From positions 1 through 37,978 of the forward strand of contig CATMOE010000035.1 of assembly GCA_950072105.1 (NCBI GenBank): 37,978 nucleotides of DNA, read 5' to 3'. The notes beneath the pieces were generated by a model, which saw nothing but the letters and a program-made list of their open reading frames with translations, was not told the origin of the DNA and searched no databases. Below, piece by piece: positions 28,829 through 36,128 of the stretch. Source of the DNA: an uncultured Dehalococcoidia bacterium. Its GTDB lineage: Bacteria > Chloroflexota > Dehalococcoidia > Lucifugimonadales > UBA3495. Each line of letters opens with the position of its first letter. Position 1 is the stretch's first letter. The position numbers were made by a program, and so were the translations under genes.

Positions 28829-29842
28829 CTAGCGCCGGCTCCGGTCCGCCTGGTCTGCCGCCAGGAGTTCCAGCGCCAGGTCCGGCTCCAACTTTCCTTG
28901 CTTTATGGCCAGGTCCGCTTCCAGCAGGCGCTGGTAGCGCCACATGATGTCGCTCCATGAATGGCGGCGGGCCTGCTCCATTGTTTTTCTAATCACGAAT
29001 TGGGAGGTAGTTCCCAGGTGGCTCCCCAATTCCCCCTGGGGTATCCCACGGTCGACAGCGTCTCTGGCAAGGGCCATTAGGCGGAGTTGCCTTTCCACCA
29101 TGGAGATGATGTAGGGAGCTTCTTTCCCCTCCTCGCGTAGTTCGTGTAGCAAGCTCAAGGCCATCGATTGGCGGCCGTCAATCATGGCGTCCACCGCGGC
29201 GAACACGTTGGACTCCCGGGCCAGGTGCACCAATTCGTTGACGTGGGATTCTTCTATGCGGCCGCCGGCGGCGAAGAGGGAAAGCTTCTCTAACTCATTA
29301 TCCAGGGACCAGAGATCTCCGCCTGCCATTTCGGTCAATGAGCCTATGGCCGACGGGCTGATGCTGGCGCCCTTCTCCTCCACGGTAGCCTTGATCCAGC
29401 GGGCCAGGGCCTCACCGGAAGGTGTGGGCGATCCATGGATCTCGGCGGCTTCACGCAAATGCCGAAGCATTGGATTGGTGTCCGGCAGAGTCGCGTCGAG
29501 GAAGATCAGCAGAGTGGTATCGGGCATGCCGGCGATGACCTGGTCCAGTCCTTCCCATCCGCCCAGCGCCCCGCCGCTTGCCTGGTTATCGCTACTCCGG
29601 CGCCGGCCTCTTCCTGGGCGGCGTTCAAACGTGGCGAGCAGTCCTTCCACCACCACCAGTCGATGGGAGTCAATGAACGGCAGGGCGTTGCAGATGGCAA
29701 CCAGTTCGTTGATGTTGGTCTGGAGTCCCATGAGGCGGTGGCGGTTGGCGTCCAGAACGTCTTCGGCCCCGGCTTCCGCTTCCAGGCGGGACAGTCGCCG
29801 TTGCACCAAGTAGGTATCGCCGTGCAGGACGTGAGCAGGCAA
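28829..29842 (-). CDS. holA: DNA polymerase III delta subunit
   Basis: LPF..RLVVV, L.NELEKL.LF, F..VDA, LLEADLAIKQG. Confidence 0.92.
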   Translation of the reverse strand: MPAHVLHGDTYLVQRRLSRLEAEAGAEDVLDANRHRLMGLQTNINELVAICNALPFIDSHRLVVVEGLLATFERRPGRGRRRSSDNQASGGALGGWEGLDQVIAGMPDTTLLIFLDATLPDTNPMLRHLREAAEIHGSPTPSGEALARWIKATVEEKGASISPSAIGSLTEMAGGDLWSLDNELEKLSLFAAGGRIEESHVNELVHLARESNVFAAVDAMIDGRQSMALSLLHELREEGKEAPYIISMVERQLRLMALARDAVDRGIPQGELGSHLGTTSQFVIRKTMEQARRHSWSDIMWRYQRLLEADLAIKQGKLEPDLALELLAADQADRSRR

Positions 29843-29929
29843 TGGTCCACAACCTAAGGGTCTGAGTCAAAGGGGAACGAACGGCGAAGCGAAGGCCGCA
29901 AATCAGGACACAAGGCCCGCCGCCCACGG

Positions 29930-29938
29930 ATTATACCA
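29930..29938 (-). promoter_or_regulatory. Extended -10 promoter for holA
   Basis: TGgTATAAT on minus strand. Confidence 0.45.
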
Positions 29939-30066
29939 TCCGATTTGATTAGTTCGACCGCGCGTGGTCACTGCGGCCTGGAATGGTTGACCCCTGCCGA
30001 GCACGGTTAATTTTTACCATTGTGATTCCTCCGAAAATAGAATTGCCAACATTCGGTCGCGCACTT

Positions 30067-30178
30067 CGTCATTCCGACACCAGCCCTTCGGCGGAAGGGC
30101 GGCGAGGAATCTTGGGAAGTGTGGAGCGGCCCCATCCCAGATGCCTCGTCCTTCCCACGAAGGACTCGGCATGACATG
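30067..30178 (+). repeat. Composite REP/MITE-like palindromic element
   Basis: GTCATTCCGA..CGAGGAATCT / AGATGCCTCG..TCGGCATGAC arms with internal hairpins. Confidence 0.7.
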
Positions 30179-30279
30179 GTCATCCGGCAAAGATTGGTAG
30201 CTGTCAGATTTATATGGAATAATAGGGCGGGTTCCGGACCTGACGCGATTCTGGAGCGGAGCCAACGGGAGGACTAAGA

Positions 30280-31320
30280 ATGAAGTTCGGAATCTTCACC
30301 CACGTTCCCTGGCCCGAAGGGATCGATACACGGCAGGTATTTCGCAACACGATTCAAGAGGTTCAATACGCCGAGGAACTGGGCTTCCACAGCGCTTGGC
30401 TGGCCGAGCACCACTTCTCCCGCTATGGGATTGGCTCTTCGTGTTTAGTATTGGCGGGCAATCTCGCTGCTAGGACAACAAGAATCCGTATCGGCACCGC
30501 TGTGCTGGTGCCACCGCTGCACAACCCGATCCGCCTGGCCGAGGACACCGCCACCGTGGATGCCCTTAGCGATGGCCGATTGGACGTTGGCTTTGGACGG
30601 GGGACGGCTAACTACGAATACCGGGGCTATAACGTCGATCGTGAAGAGAGCCAGGGAAGATTCCAAGAGAGCATCAAAGTGATCAAAGGTCTTTGGACGA
30701 CGCCGGAGTTCTCGCATCAAGGGGAACACTACCAGGTCAACCGGGCCACTCTGGTGCCGCCGCCCGTGCAGCAGCCCCATCCACCGGTTTACTTGGCAGC
30801 CACCCGGACCGAGGCCACCTTGGATTTCGTCGCCGGTACCGGCTTTCCTCTAATCGTGGGGGTAGTGCAGGACACTCCCGAAGCTCTGGCGCTATGCCAC
30901 CGGTTCGTGGAGTTATCCGGAGACGCTGGGCATAACGTCCCGATGTCCGAAATACCTTTTTTCCGCTACTTCCATGTGGGAAAGACCGAAGAGGAAGCCC
31001 GGCGGGATAGCCGGGAGGCCGTGAACTGGGTTCAGGACATGACTCAATGGCGCCGTCAATTTCCTGAGGGTAGCGAGGTCCACCATCACTTGGAGGACTG
31101 GCGCCGGACCCGAACCGAACTGCCTCCCACCTACGATTATATTTACGAGAACCGTGCGATTATCGGCAGCCCGGAGAAGTGTATCGCTAAGATTAAAGCG
31201 CTTCAGAAGGAAGGGATAGAGTACCTCGGTTGCACCTTTTCCATGGGTGGCATGGAGCATGGCAAGTTGATGCGGTCGATGGAGTTGTTCGCCAAAGAGG
31301 TCATGCCCCACTTCGCCTAA
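30280..31320 (+). CDS. LLM class flavin-dependent oxidoreductase
   Basis: AEELGF..WLAEHH, RIRIGTAV, PIRLAED, GRLDVGFGRG, ELFAKEVMP. Confidence 0.95.
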   Translation: MKFGIFTHVPWPEGIDTRQVFRNTIQEVQYAEELGFHSAWLAEHHFSRYGIGSSCLVLAGNLAARTTRIRIGTAVLVPPLHNPIRLAEDTATVDALSDGRLDVGFGRGTANYEYRGYNVDREESQGRFQESIKVIKGLWTTPEFSHQGEHYQVNRATLVPPPVQQPHPPVYLAATRTEATLDFVAGTGFPLIVGVVQDTPEALALCHRFVELSGDAGHNVPMSEIPFFRYFHVGKTEEEARRDSREAVNWVQDMTQWRRQFPEGSEVHHHLEDWRRTRTELPPTYDYIYENRAIIGSPEKCIAKIKALQKEGIEYLGCTFSMGGMEHGKLMRSMELFAKEVMPHFA

Positions 31321-31327
31321 GTCCGCC

Positions 31328-32722
31328 TTGGTTGCCCTTATTCTGCCTGGAGGGACCATAGTAACCAACATTGCCGAGCGGTTAAGTTCCTACGCTACGT
31401 CCCTACGATACGAGGACTTGCCTACAGATGTCGTCCATCTGGCCAAGCGGATGATTATCGATACACTGGGATGTGCCCTGGGGGGATATGACGGCGAGCC
31501 CAGCCGGATCGCCCGGGAAACCGCCGCGACGGTGACCAGCAGTTCGCCCGCCACGATCCTTGGCAGCGGACTGGCGACCAGCCCGGATATGGCCACCTTT
31601 GCCAATGGGGTGATGATCCGTTATCTGGACTACAACGACGGCTACACCAGTAAAGAGTCGGGTCATCCCAGCGATAGCATCGCCGCGACCCTGACTTGCA
31701 GCGAAGTAGGCCGGGCCGGGGGCAAGGGAATGATTGTCGCCACCGTGCTGGCTTATGAAGCATTTTGCCGGATCTGCGATGCCGTGGACATCAAGCCCGG
31801 CGGGTTTGACCACGTAACCGTAGGCGGTATCGCCAGCGTTCTGGGGGCTGCCCGTTGCCTGGGGCTGACTGAGGACCAAACTCTGCAGGCATTGAATTTG
31901 GGAATCGCCCCTAACTTGGCCCTGTACCAAACCCGCATCGGCGATGTGTCCATGTGGAAGGGATGCGCTTACGCCAACGCCAGCCGCAACGCCGTTTTCG
32001 CCGCCATGCTGGCCCAAAGAGGGCTTACCGGCCCTTCGCCGATCTTCGAGGGAGAAGGCGGCTACTTTAAGGCGGTGTCCCGCCAGCCCTTTGAGTTGGA
32101 GCCCTTTGGCGGCGGGGACCAGCCCTTCAAGATTGGGGAGTGCAGCATCAAGCGCTTTCCGTTGGGCCAGTATTCGCAAACGGTGGTGCAGGCCGCTCTG
32201 GAGGTTCGGGAGAAGCTACCTTCTGTAGAGGACATCGCCCAGGTAGAGGTGCGGACTTTGCAAACCGCCATCAACATCATGGCAGGGGACGCGGAAAAGT
32301 GGCGGCCTACCAACCGGGAAACCGCCGACCACAGCATGCCCTATACCGTGGCCGTGGCGTTGATGTACGGGGCGGTGGACCAGAGTCACTTTGGCGACGA
32401 GTACCTGCAAAACCAGAGCCTGCTGGACCTGACGAGCCGGGTCAAGGTTAGCGTCTCCGAGGAAGCGAACCAGCGGGCGCCGGAAGCCATGCTGTGCGAC
32501 TTGGAGGTGTTAACCGGGGCCGGTCTGCGGTTTTCATCCCAAGTGGCCTATCACAACGGGCACTTCAAGAACCCGCTGTCCGACGCCGAACTGGAGGACA
32601 AGTTCCGCTCGTTGGCATGCGGTCCGCTGTCCCAGGCCCAGGCAGACGCCTTATTGGACCGGCTCTGGAACATGGAGAGGTTGGCCGACGTGGGAGAGTT
32701 GATCCGGTTGACCAAATTCTAA
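31328..32722 (+). CDS. MmgE/PrpD family protein (2-methylcitrate dehydratase-like)
   Basis: DTLGCA, RYLDYND, GHPSD, WKG.A, ADHSMPY; start uncertain (31328 TTG vs ~31358-31361). Confidence 0.92.
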   Translation: MVALILPGGTIVTNIAERLSSYATSLRYEDLPTDVVHLAKRMIIDTLGCALGGYDGEPSRIARETAATVTSSSPATILGSGLATSPDMATFANGVMIRYLDYNDGYTSKESGHPSDSIAATLTCSEVGRAGGKGMIVATVLAYEAFCRICDAVDIKPGGFDHVTVGGIASVLGAARCLGLTEDQTLQALNLGIAPNLALYQTRIGDVSMWKGCAYANASRNAVFAAMLAQRGLTGPSPIFEGEGGYFKAVSRQPFELEPFGGGDQPFKIGECSIKRFPLGQYSQTVVQAALEVREKLPSVEDIAQVEVRTLQTAINIMAGDAEKWRPTNRETADHSMPYTVAVALMYGAVDQSHFGDEYLQNQSLLDLTSRVKVSVSEEANQRAPEAMLCDLEVLTGAGLRFSSQVAYHNGHFKNPLSDAELEDKFRSLACGPLSQAQADALLDRLWNMERLADVGELIRLTKF

Positions 32723-32735
32723 GCCGTCGCCGGCT

Positions 32736-33137
32736 CTAGCTGCGAACCTGCTCCGGGTAGTAGCCGGAGTGGTCTTCATAAGCTCCGGTTAACGGGTATA
32801 TTTGCTTGTATAAGCCTCGGGCGCGTTGGGTGATGTACTGGTTTGCCCGGTCTCTTATCTCGCTGGGGCGGGCCCGTTGGGCTTTATACATGTCACTCTC
32901 GAGCGGGCTGGCGTCCTCCAATTCCCAGATGCACAGGTACTTTAAAACCCCTTCTCCTTCCTCCAGCTTGAAGCGGCGGGCGCTGACGTAGCCCGGTATC
33001 TCCAGGCGCTCCGGCAGGTGTTCGTCGTTATACCATCGCTCGAAGGCTTCTTCCCCTTCCGGTTCCACTTCCATCATCACCACCAGGATGGTATTGCCGA
33101 TGTGCTGGACAGATTGTTCATTGTCCTCGTTGGGCAT
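32736..33137 (-). CDS. DUF4286/EthD-like dimeric alpha-beta barrel protein
   Basis: F.RWYNDEHLPERL.IPGY.SARRF, YL..WELE. Confidence 0.8.
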   Translation of the reverse strand: MPNEDNEQSVQHIGNTILVVMMEVEPEGEEAFERWYNDEHLPERLEIPGYVSARRFKLEEGEGVLKYLCIWELEDASPLESDMYKAQRARPSEIRDRANQYITQRARGLYKQIYPLTGAYEDHSGYYPEQVRS

Positions 33138-33297
33138 TTTGATACCTCGCTTTAATATCAGACCGATAGGAGATCCGTTGGGGAAGGCCGTGCCCCTTCA
33201 CGACTGGGCCGCAATCTCTTGTCACGCGATGACGCGTAGTATAACATTGGGTGGTTTCGCCAAATCGGGCATTTCTCAGATACGGGAAGGATGGAAA

Positions 33298-33777
33298 ATG
33301 GATCATCGTATTAAGTTTAAAGTAAACGGCACAGATCATGATTTGGAGGTGCCGGCGCGCCGCATGCTGGTGGACTGCTTGCGCTACGATCTGGGCCTGA
33401 CCGGAACCAAGGAAGGTTGCAGCGTGGGAGTATGCGGTGCCTGCACCGTGCTGGTGGATGGGCAAATGGTGGCATCGTGCATCACTCTGGCGGTTACCGC
33501 CGACGGCGCCGACATAACCACCGTTGAGGGATTGGCGCAAGATGGGAAGCTGCACCCGGTGCAGCAAGCGTTCATCGACCATGGCGGTTTCCAGTGCGGC
33601 ATCTGCACTCCGGGTCAAGTGATTGCCGCCAAGGCCCTGCTGGACGTTAATCCCGACCCAACCGAGGAAGAAATCAAGGACTGGATGATGGGGAACCTGT
33701 GCCGGTGCACCGGATACTACGGCATCTTAGAATCGGTGAAAAACGCGGCCCGTGTGTCCCAGGAGGCCGGGCGATGA
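33298..33777 (+). CDS. Molybdenum hydroxylase small (2Fe-2S) subunit, CoxS-like
   Basis: GC..G.CGACTV, QCGICTPG, NLCRCTGY; start set at MDHRI. Confidence 0.94.
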   Translation: MDHRIKFKVNGTDHDLEVPARRMLVDCLRYDLGLTGTKEGCSVGVCGACTVLVDGQMVASCITLAVTADGADITTVEGLAQDGKLHPVQQAFIDHGGFQCGICTPGQVIAAKALLDVNPDPTEEEIKDWMMGNLCRCTGYYGILESVKNAARVSQEAGR

Positions 33778-34640
33778 TCGACTTTGAGTTTCACAGCCCT
33801 ACCAGCCTGGATGAAGCTTTCGGACTGCTGGACCAGTACGGCGACGATGCTCGAGTGATGTCCGGCGGTACGGCCTTGGTGCTTATGATGAAGCAGCGTC
33901 TGGCCCAGCCGGGCCACGTTATCGGACTGCGCCGCATTCCCGGCTTGGCCTCTGTGGCCTCAGACGGCAACGGCGCGGTGCGGGTGGGCGCCCTGTGCAC
34001 CCAGCGCCAGATGGAAACCGACCCATTGATCCGCCAAAGCTTGCCCCTAGTCGCCGATACGTACCGGAAGGTGGCAACTCCTAGGATCCGCAACATGAGC
34101 ACGGTCGGGGGTGGTCTGGTTCACGGCGACCCCAACCAGGACCCGCCTCCCTCGTTGATAGCTTTGGGGGCCTCGGTGGTCCTCTCTTCCAAGGGCGGTG
34201 AAAGAATCGTCCCAGTGGAAGACCTGTTCATCGACTATTTCGAAACCGACGTCCAACCCGGTGAGATTTTGACCAGCGTGTTGATTCCCCAGGCGCCCGC
34301 CGGTTCCGGAGCTGTCTACCTGAAGTTTTTGCCACGCACCGCCGACGATTACGCCACCGTCTCCGTGGCGGCCATCGTCGACGCCGACGAGAGCAACAAC
34401 TGCCGGGACGTGCGTATCGTATTGGGCGCGTCGGGCGTTACCCCGATACGGGCGAAGGCAGCCGAAGATTTGCTGCGGCAACGCCCCCTGACCGAGGAGA
34501 ACATCCGGGCCAGCGCGGCGGCGGTTATAGGGGAAGTTGACCCTCTGGACGATTTCCGCGGATCGGCCGATTACAAACGGCAGATGGCGGAGGTCTTCAC
34601 CCGCCGCGCCGTTACCCAATCCCTAGCCGCGGGTCGCTAA
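33774..34640 (+). CDS. Molybdenum hydroxylase FAD subunit, CoxM-like
   Basis: FEFHSP, SGGTAL, IRNM.TVGG, DFRGSADYK; ATGA overlap with the CoxS-like gene. Confidence 0.93.
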   Translation: MIDFEFHSPTSLDEAFGLLDQYGDDARVMSGGTALVLMMKQRLAQPGHVIGLRRIPGLASVASDGNGAVRVGALCTQRQMETDPLIRQSLPLVADTYRKVATPRIRNMSTVGGGLVHGDPNQDPPPSLIALGASVVLSSKGGERIVPVEDLFIDYFETDVQPGEILTSVLIPQAPAGSGAVYLKFLPRTADDYATVSVAAIVDADESNNCRDVRIVLGASGVTPIRAKAAEDLLRQRPLTEENIRASAAAVIGEVDPLDDFRGSADYKRQMAEVFTRRAVTQSLAAGR

Positions 34641-34650
34641 GGGTAGCCGA

Positions 34651-35100
34651 ATGAAGCTGGAAAACCGCTGTCTAGTGCCTGCATCGGTGGATAAAACATG
34701 GGCGTTGTTACTGGACATCCCCCAAGTAGCTCCCTGTATCCCAGGTGTACAGGACGTCATTTCCGACGGAGAGAACCGGTTTAAGGCCGTTATGCAAGTC
34801 CGGATCGGGCCCGTCCGCCTGAACTTCTCCGGTACGATAAGTGTTGTGGAGCAAGACAAGGAGAAGGGCGAAGCTCGTTTCCACATCGAAGCGGCCGACC
34901 GTAGGGTGGGAGGATCCATCAGGGCCGATCTGACCATGCAGATCACCTCCATTTCTCCGGAGGAGACTGAGATGCTCATCGTCTCCGACACCGTGTTTAT
35001 GGGCAAGATCGGCGAGTTGGGTCAGCCGATCATTCGCCGTAAAGCCAATTCAACCCTGCAAGACTTTGCTCGGAACCTAGCCAAACAGGCCCAGAGCTAG
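34651..35100 (+). CDS. CoxG/SRPBCC family protein
   Basis: W..LLD..VAPCIPG, IGPV, GKI..LG. Confidence 0.88.
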   Translation: MKLENRCLVPASVDKTWALLLDIPQVAPCIPGVQDVISDGENRFKAVMQVRIGPVRLNFSGTISVVEQDKEKGEARFHIEAADRRVGGSIRADLTMQITSISPEETEMLIVSDTVFMGKIGELGQPIIRRKANSTLQDFARNLAKQAQS

Positions 35101-35201
35101 CTCTCCACCCTCCGGTCCCCCCTGGTTTAGATTCGTTCTAGAACTGCGCCCACTTGAATGTGATGGATCGATTGATTGAGCCGGCGTGTAATTCCTTCGA
35201 G

Positions 35202-35295
35202 CATGTCATGTTGAGTTCTTCGCGGGAAGGACGAATCATCTAGGCCGAGGCGTCCCCTCCGCCTCCCTAGATTCCCCCCTACAGTCGGAATGACG
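35202..35295 (-). repeat. Inverted copy of the REP/MITE-like element
   Basis: 35202-35244 matches the reverse complement of 30136-30178 at 36/43 nt; ends in GTCGGAATGACG, the exact inverse of 30067-30078. Confidence 0.72.
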
Positions 35296-35534
35296 ATGCA
35301 CATTTTTGCTTCGTTAGAATACTAACCGTCCGGTTCATCAGTCCACGTTACCCTCCGCAATCATCGGTAATTGGGCCGCCTTTTGGTGGTGGATAGTGAC
35401 GTCTCTTCCTGTTTGATCGGCTCCGATTTCCTGATTTGTCCACACTTAGCTACCGGTCTGCCCAGACCGATGGGTGCTGGCACCCCGTTGCCTGGGTGAA
35501 ACTGCCTCTTTACTGGGTTTTCCACCTTCGATCA

Positions 35535-35993
35535 GTGTTACCCCTTTTCCTTTGCACACAGGCGGCCGGCGGAGATGCCGCCGCCGAACCCGCAGAAGAA
35601 GAAAATCTACCTGATGTCCAAGTTGTTCGTCTAGAAGGCGTCCCCGACGTACGTGTGGTGAATGACTCAAGTGGAGGCTCCGCGCCTGCCGGGCCTCAAC
35701 CCGGTAACGCGCCTTCGGCCGGCGGCGGCACCGGCGCTTCCGCTGGAGGGTCTGCCCCGGCCCAAGGCGGGGCGAATGCGGGTCAGCCGGCTCAGAATCA
35801 GAATGAGACCAAGAGCGAGCCTACTGGGAGCAATGAAGGCACGGGACTCTCGTTGAAAGACATATTCGAAGAAGAAGTGGAGATCGACGAGGCGCTAAGG
35901 GATCTTCCTGAGAGCATGGAAGATATCCCCGCCCAAGAAATAGCCGACGACCTGAGAGCATTTTTCGAAGAGTTGGAAGCCAGCATGCGGTAG
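35535..35993 (+). CDS. Hypothetical acidic, low-complexity protein
   Basis: Open frame with Gly/Ala/Pro linker and acidic helical C-terminus; start uncertain (GTG 35535 or TTG 35436). Confidence 0.55.
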   Translation: MLPLFLCTQAAGGDAAAEPAEEENLPDVQVVRLEGVPDVRVVNDSSGGSAPAGPQPGNAPSAGGGTGASAGGSAPAQGGANAGQPAQNQNETKSEPTGSNEGTGLSLKDIFEEEVEIDEALRDLPESMEDIPAQEIADDLRAFFEELEASMR

Positions 35994-36006
35994 CCCAGGT
36001 CACTTC

Positions 36007-36015
36007 TGGTAAAAT
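36007..36015 (+). promoter_or_regulatory. Extended -10 promoter for glmS
   Basis: TGgTAAAAT about 115 nt before the GTG start. Confidence 0.4.
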
Positions 36016-36128
36016 ATACCGGAGCAATCTTGCCGTTAGCCCGGAAGTTTGCTAGTTGACCAAGGGCATCACGGTTTGGGCCGTGGCTCCCGGCGCCCAA
36101 GCCGGTGGCGAGTGCTTTGGGAGGGAAC

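Noticed and set aside
35320..35561. TACTAAC plus a pyrimidine tract and CAG, resembling spliceosomal intron signals
   Set aside because: Clearly bacterial operonic DNA; the motifs are about 230 nt apart and likely chance
36036..36066. glmS ribozyme
   Set aside because: Only loose similarity (AGCCC..GTTGACCAAGG); the invariant AGCGCC and GACGAGG core is missing
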